This document shows positions 31,472-41,843 of a stretch of 64,000 bases of DNA, in pieces. Made by a program: the position numbers and the translations under genes. The DNA is taken from contig CAVYTU010000015.1 of the NCBI GenBank assembly GCA_963771465.1, forward strand, positions 416,001 through 480,000, given 5' to 3'. Position 1 is the first letter of the stretch, and every line of letters starts with the position of its first letter. Source of the stretch: an uncultured delta proteobacterium. Its GTDB lineage: Bacteria > Desulfobacterota > Binatia > UBA9968. Under the pieces are notes generated by a model that saw only the letters and a program-made list of their open reading frames with translations, had not been told where the DNA came from and did no database searches.

Positions 31472-34132
31472 TCATGGCTGTATTTGCCTCGAGGTCGTCG
31501 CCGATTGCTCGTCGCGCTCGTCGGCTCTTCCAGGTAATGAAAAGTAAAAGGTGCTTCCTTTCCCCAATTCACTCTCGACCCAGATGCGTCCACCGTGCGC
31601 TTCGACGATTTTCTTGCAGATCGCCAGGCCCAAGCCGGTCCCCTTGCGACTGAATTTTGCACCGCCTTCAACTTGGCCGTAGAGTTCGAACATGTGCGCC
31701 AAGCCGTTTTGCGGAATACCCATGCCGGTATCCTTAACGGCAATCATCACCCCTGACGATTCGTCGCCGCGCGCGTTAACCTCGATGGCATCCCCAGCTT
31801 CGGTAAATTTAAAAGCGTTGCTCAGGAGATTTTCCAACACCTGGTCAATGCGCTGGTAGTCGAGGACCGTGGTCGGTAAGTTTTCCTCGATCGTAATGTT
31901 AAACCTAATGCCGCGTTTATCGGCTTCGAGCGCATAGGCCTGCAAGCTCTTGTGCAGCAGTGCTGCAAAATCCACCGGCGCTTTGAGCAGGTGGAGCTTA
32001 CCGGCATCGATTTTCGAGAGATCGAGAAAATCGCTGACATGATGAATTAAGTTGTGGCAGTTGGCATGAATCTTTGACAGCCATTTTTGTTGCAGCTCGG
32101 TCACCGGTCCGAATAAGCCGTCGCGCAACGATTCACCGATGGAAATAACGCTCGCCAGCGGCGAGCGCACGTCATGAACAACCATAGCGGTAAAATCCGC
32201 TAAGGCCCGCTCCGCCCGTTTGCGCTCGTCGATCTCCCGGCGTAGTTCGCCATTGGCCTGCACGGTTGCGCCATAAAGCCGGCTATTCTCGATCGCCAGC
32301 CCGATTTGGCGCGAAAGCGCGTGAAGATACTGCGAGTCCTCGGCACTGAACGTTCGGACTTGGGCACCGAACAGTGTCAACGCAGCGTGATCTTGACTGC
32401 CGCAGTCGAGCGGTAAGACGGTCATCGAACGGAGCGCGTCGGCATGGCCAGGCGAAGTGAATTCCGGCACCGCCGCCAAATTTTCCACGAACCAGGGGTT
32501 GCGACACTGCGCAACGCACTGGCCGAAATCCTCGCCGAGCCATTGCCATAGCTGATCCAGTTCGGCCATCGATCGGGGCTCGGCGCTGGCAGCGAAAAAA
32601 TGGCGACCCGCAACGGGTTGCGAAAAATGCACGAAGGCGTAGTTGAAGCCGCCGACGGACACAAGGCGTTCTAATGCGCGCGGCAGGATTTCGTCCATGG
32701 AGAGCGTACCGGCCAAATCTTGCGCTACGAGATGAAGTGTTTCTAAGCGAACGGCGTGCGCTTGCAACTGGTCTTCACCCGTACGCAACAGCGTGATGTC
32801 TCTGGCAATGGTCGACGCGCCGACCACACAACCATAAGCGTCATGGATCGGCGACAAGGAGGCTGAAACATAGAGGCGTCGGCCATCCTTGCGTACGCGT
32901 TCCGTTTCATATCGGTTGAGTCCGTTGCCGAGCTTGACGATCTCGAGCAGTTCGGGAATCTCGCTTTGCCGATCCGGCAGACTCAACAGTTCCAGCGACC
33001 GGCCTTTGACCTCATCAGCTTGGTAACCGAACATGGTCTCGGCGCCGTCGTTCCAACTGGTGATGATTCCATCCAGCGACATACCGATGATCGCGTCCTC
33101 CGACGATTGCACGATGGCGGCGAGCTGGCCGCGCGCCTCTTCCGCTTCGGCGCGTAACCTAACAAAACCGATGACCGACTGAGTGCCAATTAACCAAGCG
33201 ATAATTGTGGCTGACAGCGCGACAAAAAGTACTAGTAGCAAATTACGCGCTAAGCGCTGATGGATCTCGCCAAACGCGACGTCCTTCGGCACGCCGACCA
33301 TCACGTAGATATGTCCGAACGCGTTTGGCAGCGAGAGCGGTTTGAAAGCATAGAAGCGTTCCACGCCGTCGAGTCCAACCAAATCCTTCGCCGTTTGACT
33401 GCGCAATTGCAACATTTCAAACAGCGCCGCATCGGGAAAATGCTTGCCGCGCCATTTTTCCGGTTCGGGAAAACGCGCCAACACCGTACCTTTGCTATCG
33501 AGAATTGAGAGCGCGACTCCTGGCTGGAGTTTATTGTCCTGGGCCAACTGGCTTATCCATTGCACGTCCAACGCGGCCAAGATCACCGACTCAACTCGCC
33601 CTTCGGGGTCTACCATCGGATACGCGAAGTTGAGACTCTTGCGGTTCAGTTTTTGATGTTCTTGATAGTCACCGATGGCAAAAGTCTGCGACTCCAAGGC
33701 GGCATTAAAGTAGTTTTTCTTCCTTAGGTTCAAATCGGTTTCAGCGCTATCGTTTAAGCGGCAAATGACATCACCGTTAGTGTCGGCGACGCCCAGATCG
33801 ACATACATATTGTTGTGTGCCGCGACCTGCTTGAGAAAAACCCGGCAGCGCGTGGCGTCGCCGTCGATGAGCTCAACTGTATCCGCCAGCAAGGTTAAAA
33901 CCTGTTTTGCCGCATCGATGAAACGGGCCTCGCGGATAGCAACGTTTTCCACCGTTGTCCAAGCGTCTTCGAGAACCTCGCCGACCTGGACGTCGCGCGC
34001 CAACCTGGCTTGATAAAGAAGCATGCAGAAGATAGGCAAGACCGCCAGCAAGATCATAATCAGCAAGCGGCGGCGCAGTTGAAGTAGAAACGAGCCGGTT
34101 GTAATAAATTTAAATTTATCGGGTTTTCGCAT
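31472..34132 (-). CDS. Sensor histidine kinase (Cache-PAS-GAF-HisKA-HATPase)
   Basis: Two TM helices flanking a Cache-like region; [11 protein letters not shown]; GAF ending IENSRLY; [21 protein letters not shown] and GTGLGL boxes. Confidence 0.93.
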   Translation of the reverse strand: MRKPDKFKFITTGSFLLQLRRRLLIMILLAVLPIFCMLLYQARLARDVQVGEVLEDAWTTVENVAIREARFIDAAKQVLTLLADTVELIDGDATRCRVFLKQVAAHNNMYVDLGVADTNGDVICRLNDSAETDLNLRKKNYFNAALESQTFAIGDYQEHQKLNRKSLNFAYPMVDPEGRVESVILAALDVQWISQLAQDNKLQPGVALSILDSKGTVLARFPEPEKWRGKHFPDAALFEMLQLRSQTAKDLVGLDGVERFYAFKPLSLPNAFGHIYVMVGVPKDVAFGEIHQRLARNLLLVLFVALSATIIAWLIGTQSVIGFVRLRAEAEEARGQLAAIVQSSEDAIIGMSLDGIITSWNDGAETMFGYQADEVKGRSLELLSLPDRQSEIPELLEIVKLGNGLNRYETERVRKDGRRLYVSASLSPIHDAYGCVVGASTIARDITLLRTGEDQLQAHAVRLETLHLVAQDLAGTLSMDEILPRALERLVSVGGFNYAFVHFSQPVAGRHFFAASAEPRSMAELDQLWQWLGEDFGQCVAQCRNPWFVENLAAVPEFTSPGHADALRSMTVLPLDCGSQDHAALTLFGAQVRTFSAEDSQYLHALSRQIGLAIENSRLYGATVQANGELRREIDERKRAERALADFTAMVVHDVRSPLASVISIGESLRDGLFGPVTELQQKWLSKIHANCHNLIHHVSDFLDLSKIDAGKLHLLKAPVDFAALLHKSLQAYALEADKRGIRFNITIEENLPTTVLDYQRIDQVLENLLSNAFKFTEAGDAIEVNARGDESSGVMIAVKDTGMGIPQNGLAHMFELYGQVEGGAKFSRKGTGLGLAICKKIVEAHGGRIWVESELGKGSTFYFSLPGRADERDEQSATTSRQIQP

Positions 34133-34211
34133 TGCTAATCGATGCTGGCGAAACCTTCGTCTAACGAAATCGCCGCATTGCCCAGTTGCGGCGACAATAG
34201 GACTAGCATCC

Positions 34212-34430
34212 TCATTCGGTCTGGCTGGGCTTCACTTGGATTGCCTGTGCGCCGCGGCGCTCGATCCATTCAATTAGCAGGGTTTCACGCAAGCGCCATT
34301 GGCCGCCGACTTTGCGCGCCGGCAGATCGTGGTTACGAATCATGCGCTGTAACGTTCGCGTCGAGACATGCAGCACACTCGCCGCCTCTGCTAGAGTTAG
34401 CAATCGAATCTGATTAAGGCTCGGATCCAT
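34212..34430 (-). CDS. Excisionase-like (HTH_17) small DNA-binding protein
   Basis: [22 protein letters not shown]...[12 protein letters not shown]. Confidence 0.87.
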   Translation of the reverse strand: MDPSLNQIRLLTLAEAASVLHVSTRTLQRMIRNHDLPARKVGGQWRLRETLLIEWIERRGAQAIQVKPSQTE

Positions 34431-34460
34431 GATTAGGGGTCGCTCCGACAAGTTGCCTTC

Positions 34461-34476
34461 CGCAATGCCGATGCCA
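34461..34476 (-). promoter_or_regulatory. sigma54 -24/-12 promoter
   Basis: Minus strand TGGCATCGGCATTGCG, GG-N10-GC, 30 bp upstream of the HTH gene ATG. Confidence 0.75.
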
Positions 34477-34919
34477 ACCCAGACGAATAGGTAAGTATTC
34501 GATTTAGCTGGGAATGCGATGATGCGTAAAGGATACCGTAAGTACAAAATTGGACAGATCGAGACGACGCAGGCGTTATCGGAGTGCCACTCAGAACCAC
34601 GACTGCGTGCTGAAAAGTAAATATCAGGCGCGTGCAGGAGAAGTTGGCAGACGAGAGCGGATGTCGCAGTTGAAGTGGCGGCGTTGGCCAGGTATGCCGC
34701 GAGCGTGGAATAGTGTAGACATCCGGTGCTTTGGCAAACTCATTTTGCGTGGATGGCAAACGGTTCCAATGTCTACGTGGAAATGCCTGTGCGACGCTGT
34801 CGCTTGGCCGCGCAGCGCCAGAAAACGATTGACTCCACTACCGGAGGATCGCGCTGCGCTGATTCAAATTCAGCCGCGCAATCCGGGATGAAGTCGGCTC
34901 GGATCAGAAAAACAATTTG

Positions 34920-36851
34920 CTATTGACGATAGAGAATCATGCCGGCCTGGGCGGTGTCGTAGCCGCCAAGTGCGCCAACCGCTTGTTTGAAGCTGGCGGC
35001 GGAAATAGTCTTGACCAGCTCTGCGCCGCGCGCCGAGTCGAAGAACGTGCGGCTTATGAGCAAATCGTATTCTTCGTTGGCGACCGGAATAAATTCTAAG
35101 CCTAAAGCGATGGCCGCCGCGCGCACCGCTAACCCTGCGTCGGCAAGTCCACTAGCGATGGCGACGCCGACAGCCATATGCGTGAACTCTTCGCGCTCAT
35201 ATCCGGCGATCGCCGCCGCATCGATGCGCAATTTTTTGAGCTGGTAGTCGAGCAACACGCGCGTGCCGGAGCCGGGTTGCCGATTGACGTAGCGAACGCC
35301 GTTGCGAGCGAGATCACGCAGACTTTGAATCGACTTGGGATTGCCGGCGGCGACAAGAATCCCCTGCTCCCGTTGGGCGACGTGAACCAGCACCACGGGA
35401 ATCATAGGCATCGTCCGCTGGATATCGGGAATATTGTAAGTGCCAGTTTCCGGATCAAGCAGATGCGTTCCCGCCATATGCGTTTCGCCGCGCTGCAGCG
35501 CGAGCAAGCCGCCGAGACTGCCGACGTTGGTCGCGGCGATCTTCAATTCTGGATGGCTGCGCCTAATTTGGTCTTCGAGCACGCCGATGGCGAGATCGTG
35601 GCTGCCGGTACAGAGAATCGTGTTCTCTATATCGGTGATCGGTCGGAGCAGTTCCACTTCAGCCTCATCGCCGGCGTTGAGTCCTTCGACGAGACTGGGA
35701 ATCCGCATCAGTCCGTCGGCATGAACCATCGTGGTGATCACGCCGGCGCCGCGCGCTAACGGGATCGCTACCACCTTCTCGCCGATTCGACCTAAAGTCA
35801 CCCGGATAAATTCTTCTAGGCCAAGATGAGAAGCAATTTTCTTCGGCACGACGGCGCGTACCGTCGGATAGGACAGCGCCCGAATGCTTAAAAACTTTTC
35901 TAAAGCCGGCCGGAGAATTTCCCGCGCGATGACAATCGCCGACACCGGATATCCCGGCACACCGAGCACCGGCTTGCTCGCGGCGTAACCCAGCACCGCG
36001 GGCTTGCCCGGCATGACGTCGATGCCGTGGGCGAGCAATTCGCCGGCATCCGCGACAACGTCGGCCGTCAGATCATGTTCGCCCGCCGACGAGCCGGCGA
36101 TGATCGTCACCAGATCGCACTCTGCGGCGGCCCGCAGTAGCGCGGCCTTGAGCAAATTTGCCTCGTCCTTCGCCCGCGGATATCTTACCGGCCTGCCGCC
36201 CCACTCAAGGACAAAGGCTGCGAGAACAGTGGAATTGAAATCGATCACCGCACCGGGCTTCGCTTCCTCACCAGGCTGAATCAGTTCGTCGCCGGTTGGA
36301 ATAATCCCAACTCTTGGTCGCGCTTTCACGCGCACGCTCGTATGGCCAGCCGCCTGCAATGCGCCAAGATCGTAAGGCCGCAAACGGTGCGCGCGCGGCA
36401 CTAACAGTTCAGTGGCCACGACATCCTCGCCGACCAAGCGCACATGATTCCACGGCGCGACGGATTCGAAAATCTCGATGGTTTGAGAATCGATCTGGTG
36501 CACTTTTTCGATCATGATGACTGCGTTAGCCCAACCGGGCAGCGCATTGCCGGTGTCGACGTATTTAAATGTGTCGGCGGCGGGCGAGTCGGAATCCGCC
36601 AAGCCGAGCTTTTTGCCGACAAATTCGGTGGCGCCAAAAGTATCCTCCGCGCGCACTGAGATGCCGTCCATGGCCGAGGCATGATAGTGCGGCGAGGAAA
36701 TCTTGGCGAAGACTGGCTCTGCGGTGATACGGTCAAGGGCGTCGTCGATGGCAATCTCCTCGGCGGCGAGACGCGACGGATCGACAACCGACAAAAATAA
36801 TTCGCGCGCTTCAGTGAGCGCAGTTTTTTTAAGATAACGTTTGCGTGCCAT
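34920..36851 (-). CDS. moeA: Molybdopterin metal insertase MoeA fused to a C-terminal PBP-like domain
   Basis: SAMDG, VDTG, PTGDEL, AGSSAG.HD and MPGKP; then GSHD, VGSLGGL, HLLD, REQG and NRQPGSGTR of the PBP domain. Confidence 0.93.
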   Translation of the reverse strand: MARKRYLKKTALTEARELFLSVVDPSRLAAEEIAIDDALDRITAEPVFAKISSPHYHASAMDGISVRAEDTFGATEFVGKKLGLADSDSPAADTFKYVDTGNALPGWANAVIMIEKVHQIDSQTIEIFESVAPWNHVRLVGEDVVATELLVPRAHRLRPYDLGALQAAGHTSVRVKARPRVGIIPTGDELIQPGEEAKPGAVIDFNSTVLAAFVLEWGGRPVRYPRAKDEANLLKAALLRAAAECDLVTIIAGSSAGEHDLTADVVADAGELLAHGIDVMPGKPAVLGYAASKPVLGVPGYPVSAIVIAREILRPALEKFLSIRALSYPTVRAVVPKKIASHLGLEEFIRVTLGRIGEKVVAIPLARGAGVITTMVHADGLMRIPSLVEGLNAGDEAEVELLRPITDIENTILCTGSHDLAIGVLEDQIRRSHPELKIAATNVGSLGGLLALQRGETHMAGTHLLDPETGTYNIPDIQRTMPMIPVVLVHVAQREQGILVAAGNPKSIQSLRDLARNGVRYVNRQPGSGTRVLLDYQLKKLRIDAAAIAGYEREEFTHMAVGVAIASGLADAGLAVRAAAIALGLEFIPVANEEYDLLISRTFFDSARGAELVKTISAASFKQAVGALGGYDTAQAGMILYRQ

Positions 36852-36910
36852 GATGCTTGTACATACCAAATATTGGAGTTTTATGTCTGGCGTTCCGAAA
36901 CAACGCTAGA

Positions 36911-38149
36911 CTAGAACAAGATCACATCCACCTCTTCGCCCGGTTCCAACCCGTCCTGATTCATCTCGATACGCACCATGCCATCGGCCTTCACAAGTGT
37001 GAATATCGCGCCCGACTTGCTCGGCAATGGCGTCGCAATCAAACCGGCATCCTCAGTTTCCAAAGTCACGCGCACGTAATCTTCGCGCCCAAGCTGCGAC
37101 GCGATGTTGGTCTTCAAGCGCGCGCGCGCCGTTCGAGTAAAACGTTGCAACGCCGTTACGCTCTCGCCGCCCAAGCGCTTTAACAACGGCGCGCCGAACA
37201 GATCGAAGATGACGAGCGCGGAAACAGGGTAGCCGGGCAATCCAAGAATCGGCTTGCCGCACGCCTGGGCGAAGATCGTCGGCTTGCCCGGCGCAACCGA
37301 AATGCCGTGAAAAACAAATTTCGCATCCGGGAAGGATAAAATTGTTTCCAGCGCGATATCCTTGGCACCCATGGAGCTGCCGCCGGAGAGCAGCACAACA
37401 TCGGCCCACTCCAACGCTGCGCCAATCGCTTGAGTGAGTTGAGCGCGGTCGTCGCCGATCACGCCCCAGTCTTTAAGCTCGCCGCCGACCTCCTCGATCA
37501 AACCCGCCAGTGAATGTTGATTGATGTTGCGCACCTGTCCCGGCCGCGGTTCGGTTTCCGCATCGACGATTTCATCGCCGGTGGAAATCAGCGCGACGCG
37601 CGGTTTTTTATAAACCACGATTGCAGAGATACCGACGCCGGTGAGCGCGCCGAGATCATGGGCACGCAAGCGCCGGCCGCGCCGAAAAACCGGCTCGCCT
37701 TTTTTGATGTCGTCGCCGATCTGAATCACATTCTGCCACGGCGCGACACCGCGGTGGATTTCAACCAAGCCGCCGTCGGTTTCATCGGTGTACTCGACCA
37801 TTACCACCGCGTCTGCATCCGGTGGCATCATACCGCCGGTGGAGATACGGATGGCGTCGCCGGTGTTGAGCGTCTGGAGCGCTTCTTTGCCCATTTCCAC
37901 AACACCGGCGAGTTTCAAATAAGCGGGCAGACTTTGACTCGCGCCAAAGGTATCCTTCGCTTTCACCGCATAGCCGTCCATGGCGGCGCGATGGAAATGC
38001 GGCAGATCGACGGCTGAATGGAGATCTTCGGCCAGCACACGGCCGCGCGCCCGTATCGAGGGAACTCTCTCGGTCCCCACCGGTTCCACCGCCAGCAGCG
38101 AACGCAACGCTTCCTGTGGCGCCAATACTTTGAAGAATGTCTGTGCCAT
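36911..38149 (-). CDS. moeA: Molybdopterin metal insertase MoeA (second paralog)
   Basis: AAMDGYAV, ISTGG, STGDE, SGGSSMG.KD, PGKPT and LPGYPVS motifs. Confidence 0.94.
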   Translation of the reverse strand: MAQTFFKVLAPQEALRSLLAVEPVGTERVPSIRARGRVLAEDLHSAVDLPHFHRAAMDGYAVKAKDTFGASQSLPAYLKLAGVVEMGKEALQTLNTGDAIRISTGGMMPPDADAVVMVEYTDETDGGLVEIHRGVAPWQNVIQIGDDIKKGEPVFRRGRRLRAHDLGALTGVGISAIVVYKKPRVALISTGDEIVDAETEPRPGQVRNINQHSLAGLIEEVGGELKDWGVIGDDRAQLTQAIGAALEWADVVLLSGGSSMGAKDIALETILSFPDAKFVFHGISVAPGKPTIFAQACGKPILGLPGYPVSALVIFDLFGAPLLKRLGGESVTALQRFTRTARARLKTNIASQLGREDYVRVTLETEDAGLIATPLPSKSGAIFTLVKADGMVRIEMNQDGLEPGEEVDVILF

Positions 38150-38289
38150 CTCGTGCGGATCATAAGCAGAAGAATTTCCCGGAATCAATCGCGCAACTGA
38201 GCGCGCTACCAACCGAGCGCGATACGCTTGACAGATTTACCGCTTAGGAAGAGAATCACGCCCGCAAACCTAGAGAGAGGAGTGTCACA

Positions 38290-38724
38290 ATGAAATTACA
38301 GAAAGTTTATCACATGGGTATCCCAGTCGATAATTTGGATCGCGCCAAGGCATTCTACACCGAGGTTCTCGGCATGGATTACCTCGGGCGTGTTGGCGGC
38401 AATCCGAACAATCCCGATTCATTTCCAGTGCACGGCGTGGCGCAGAAGCTCGACCGCTATCGCTGCGGCGACGATGACGTCGTGCTGTTCGAACGGCCGC
38501 GCGCAATCGATCGCGACGCCATCGATCAGGACGGTATCTTCCATCAAGCCTTCAGCATGAACTGGGACGACTACGAAGACGCGCTAAAAACGGCCCAAGA
38601 CCTCGGCAGGTTTCACCGCAAGGTCGAACGCGACAGTGGCAACACCATTTATATGTTCGACACGGAAGGCAATTACTTAGAACTCCACTTCGCCCGTCCC
38701 GGCGGCCGGCGCCAGCGACAATAA
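38290..38724 (+). CDS. VOC/glyoxalase-family protein
   Basis: HMGIPV.NLDRAKAFYTEVLG, HQAF and YMFDTEGNYLE motifs. Confidence 0.88.
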   Translation: MKLQKVYHMGIPVDNLDRAKAFYTEVLGMDYLGRVGGNPNNPDSFPVHGVAQKLDRYRCGDDDVVLFERPRAIDRDAIDQDGIFHQAFSMNWDDYEDALKTAQDLGRFHRKVERDSGNTIYMFDTEGNYLELHFARPGGRRQRQ

Positions 38725-38754
38725 GAATTCAAACTCCACGGTGAAATAACGACT

Positions 38755-39705
38755 ATGAACCAACCGATCAAGCTCTCCATTGCAGCGACATCGAAGCGGG
38801 TCGACATCGCCAACATCGTCGGCTTCACGTTTTTCAATCATGCGGAATTGCCGCGCCAATCCCAGCTCGATATCGCCATGGGCTGGCGCGATTCCGAATT
38901 GGGCGGTACCGGCCCGGCCATTCTCGTGGGCAGAAAGCAATACTCTTTCGGTTTCGGCAATCCGGTCGGTCTCGCGGCGATGGCCTATCTCGGCCGCGGC
39001 TTTTATAAAAAGAAAATTCCCTTGCGCGCCATCGGCGTCTTTCCCACTTGGGATCGACTGATTTTCGCCGTGCGCAGAGACATCGGCATACAATCGCTCG
39101 AAGACATAAGAAAGCAGAAATATCCCTTGCGCATCTCGACCCGCCGACGCGGCAAACTGGCCACCACCATCTACGCCATCGAAGAAGTGCTCAAGGCTTA
39201 CGGCATGAGCTACCGCGACATTGAGAAATGGGGCGGCAAGATCATCGAAGCGCCCAATCCCAGCGGCCCGGAACGGCGCGACGCGATTTTATCCGGCAAA
39301 GCCGACGCGGTGTTCGACGAAGGCGTGAAAAGCTGGGGACCGACGGCATTGAAGGCCGGCATGCGCTTCTTGCCGATCAACGACGCCGCGGCAAAGCATA
39401 TGGCGCAGCTCGGATTTCCCAGTGCCATGCTAACACGCACGCACTACGCGAATTTGGCACAAGACATTCGTTGTGTCGACTTCAGCGGCTGGACGTTTTT
39501 CTGCCATGCCGATTTACCCAACGCCATCGCTTACAACATGGCCCAATCCGTCGACCTTTGCCACAAACATATCCCCGTCGATCATTTCGACAAACGGCCA
39601 ATGACGATCCGCGAATTCTGTCGCGGCGGCGAAGCCGGACAGTTAAATATTCCTCTCCATCCGGGCGCTAAGAAATATTTTCGTGATAAGGGATATATCA
39701 AGTAG
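38755..39705 (+). CDS. TAXI-family solute-binding-fold protein without signal peptide
   Basis: GIQSLEDI, G.ADAVFD and IPLHPGAKKYFRDKG motifs. Confidence 0.72.
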   Translation: MNQPIKLSIAATSKRVDIANIVGFTFFNHAELPRQSQLDIAMGWRDSELGGTGPAILVGRKQYSFGFGNPVGLAAMAYLGRGFYKKKIPLRAIGVFPTWDRLIFAVRRDIGIQSLEDIRKQKYPLRISTRRRGKLATTIYAIEEVLKAYGMSYRDIEKWGGKIIEAPNPSGPERRDAILSGKADAVFDEGVKSWGPTALKAGMRFLPINDAAAKHMAQLGFPSAMLTRTHYANLAQDIRCVDFSGWTFFCHADLPNAIAYNMAQSVDLCHKHIPVDHFDKRPMTIREFCRGGEAGQLNIPLHPGAKKYFRDKGYIK

Positions 39706-39706
39706 G

Positions 39707-40693
39707 ATGTCCGGAGAGCTTCGACGATTCGCCCTGGCCGCTTTCCTAGCAATTTTCTCGATTGGCCAGCCGATCGCAGCCGGCGCTGAACTGTTCCGCG
39801 TCGCGCTCTCGACCAAAGACTTCGGCTATCTGCCGCTGTTCGTCGGCATGCGCGCCGGTCTTTTTGCCCAGGAAAACTTGGAAATTCAATGGATCGTAGT
39901 GAATAGCAACGTCGTCGTCACGGCGCTTCTCGCCGGGGAAATCGACGTTGCTGGCATCGCTGGTTCTTCCATGCGCGCGGCGGCGCGCGGCGCGCCGTTG
40001 AAAGCGAATTTTTTTCCCTACGATAAATCGCTGTTCGTTTTGATGGGCGCGCCTAACATCAAGCGCGTGCAAGACTTGAAAGGCAAGGTGATCGGCACCA
40101 CCGGGCCGGGCGCCACTACCGAAGTCGCCGCGTCCATGGTCTTACAACATCACGGCATGGACCCTAAAAAAGACGTCACGTTCATGACCATTGGCGGCGC
40201 GGAGACTTCCATCGTCGCTATGCGTAACGGCATCATCCACGCCCGCGCGTTCAATCCCGACGCGGCATACATCATGAAAAAACAAGGCTTCACCGAGCTC
40301 GGCGTTCTCGCCGACATGGGTCCTTGGCCTTGGGCCGGCTACTCGACCAGCGACGCGCATCTAGCGAACCGGCGCGACAAGCTCAAACGCTGGACTCGCG
40401 CCATGGTAAAAAGCCTGCAACTCATGCTCACGCGCAAAGAGGAGACTTATAAATTCGCCCAGGCCGATTTCACCCACCCGCGCGACGTCATCGAAGGCGC
40501 GGCAAACGTCTGCATCAAAGCCATCGACCCGAAAAATCCCGGCGGCGCCACCGACGACGCCATGCGCAAAAATATCGATCTGACGATCACCCAGCCGCTC
40601 AAGCTTCCCGCGAGTCCGCCGTTGGCGCAACTGGTCGACTTTTCCTTGCTGCGGGAAATTCACACCGAGCTGTCGATTGCGGGACGAAAATAA
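39707..40693 (+). CDS. NMT1/SsuA-like ABC substrate-binding protein
   Basis: Signal peptide; YLPLFVG...GLFAQENL, ALLAGEID and DLKGKVIG motifs. Confidence 0.85.
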   Translation: MSGELRRFALAAFLAIFSIGQPIAAGAELFRVALSTKDFGYLPLFVGMRAGLFAQENLEIQWIVVNSNVVVTALLAGEIDVAGIAGSSMRAAARGAPLKANFFPYDKSLFVLMGAPNIKRVQDLKGKVIGTTGPGATTEVAASMVLQHHGMDPKKDVTFMTIGGAETSIVAMRNGIIHARAFNPDAAYIMKKQGFTELGVLADMGPWPWAGYSTSDAHLANRRDKLKRWTRAMVKSLQLMLTRKEETYKFAQADFTHPRDVIEGAANVCIKAIDPKNPGGATDDAMRKNIDLTITQPLKLPASPPLAQLVDFSLLREIHTELSIAGRK

Positions 40694-40745
40694 TGCGGCA
40701 ATTCATCATCTCCATCGACACGGCGGCGTGAAGCGGCTAGGAGTA

Positions 40746-40817
40746 ATTCCAGATTACAAATTCCAAATTGCAGATTCAAAAAGCGGTCGGCCCATTTTGG
40801 AATTTGTAATTTGGAAT
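40746..40817. repeat. Inverted array of 7-bp repeats
   Basis: ATTCCAG-ATTACAA-ATTCCAA-ATTGCAG-ATTCAAA ... TTGGAAT-TTGTAAT-TTGGAAT; the 22-bp arms match at 21 of 22 positions. Confidence 0.85.
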
Positions 40818-40847
40818 CCTTAAATTGAAATAATGAAAGGAAACTTC

Positions 40848-41828
40848 ATGACAATTAAACCGCGCATCACACTTGGCCTCCCCGATCACCCGCGCTGTCA
40901 AGCGATCATCGACGGCACAGTCGGCATCGACGGCTATGAGCTCGCCGTCGATCCACACTTCGTCTCTTCCGGCGAGCGTCATTACAAATATCTCCACGGC
41001 GAGTGGGACGTCGGCGAAGTCTCAGCGGCGAGCTTGCTGCGCGCCATCGAGAAAGGTCAGCCATTGGTCGCCATTCCGGTTTTTTTCGAGCGCGGCCCGC
41101 GCCAGCGCAATATTTATCACTGTGAAAAACATCTGACGCATCCATCGGAGCTCAAAGGCAAAAAGTTCGGCTGCTTCCGCTACGGCGCCACTGCCGTGGT
41201 TTGGGCGCGCGGTTATTTGCTCGACGCCCACGGCATCAAGACCACTGACATGCAATGGTTCGTTTCCGGCCGCGAAGTCTTCATCGGCCACGAGCTGCCG
41301 GTCAAAGTGCAGCGCATCGATCCGCCGCCGCCCTTCGGCGGCGAGAAGCTCGTGCTGTCGAAAATGCTCAGCGAGGCAGAATTGCACGGCGCAGTCGTTC
41401 CGGGCGATAACGGCTACACCGGTTTTTTCGGCGGCGGCGAAACCCCGCCGATGATGGCCGCCTATCCGGGCGTGAAGCCGCTCTTCGCAGACAATCAAGA
41501 AATCGTCGACTACGTGAAGAAAACCGGCATCAACCCGATCATGCACGTGCTATCGATCCGCAAAGAAGTCGTCGAGCGCCATCCCGACTTGCCAGCAAAG
41601 CTCACTCGCGCTTTCATGGAAGCGCGCGATGTCGCGACCCGGTACATGCCGGCGGAAGAGATCGCCGGCTACCAAAAAGAACGGGACGTGCTCGGCGAAG
41701 ATCCTTACGACTATGTGATGGGTGAGAACGAAAAGCGCACGCTGGCGGCGATGAACCGTTACCAGATCGAGCAAGGCTTGATGAAAACCACGCTGCCGAT
41801 GGACGATTTGTTCATTGGCCATGTGTGA
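40848..41828 (+). CDS. 4,5-dihydroxyphthalate decarboxylase-like protein
   Basis: DGTVGIDG, DVGEVS, AIPVF, LKGKK.G..RY..TA.VWARG, PIMH, DPYDY and EQGL motifs. Confidence 0.75.
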   Translation: MTIKPRITLGLPDHPRCQAIIDGTVGIDGYELAVDPHFVSSGERHYKYLHGEWDVGEVSAASLLRAIEKGQPLVAIPVFFERGPRQRNIYHCEKHLTHPSELKGKKFGCFRYGATAVVWARGYLLDAHGIKTTDMQWFVSGREVFIGHELPVKVQRIDPPPPFGGEKLVLSKMLSEAELHGAVVPGDNGYTGFFGGGETPPMMAAYPGVKPLFADNQEIVDYVKKTGINPIMHVLSIRKEVVERHPDLPAKLTRAFMEARDVATRYMPAEEIAGYQKERDVLGEDPYDYVMGENEKRTLAAMNRYQIEQGLMKTTLPMDDLFIGHV

Positions 41829-41843
41829 GCCGCGAGGAAATCT

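Noticed and set aside
34212-34430. Excisionase marking a prophage or integrative element
   Set aside because: No integrase, att-like repeats or phage genes nearby; the flanks are metabolic genes.
38150-38289. Moco/Wco riboswitch upstream of moeA
   Set aside because: The short divergent intergenic region shows no recognisable multi-stem riboswitch structure by eye; an Rfam scan would settle it.
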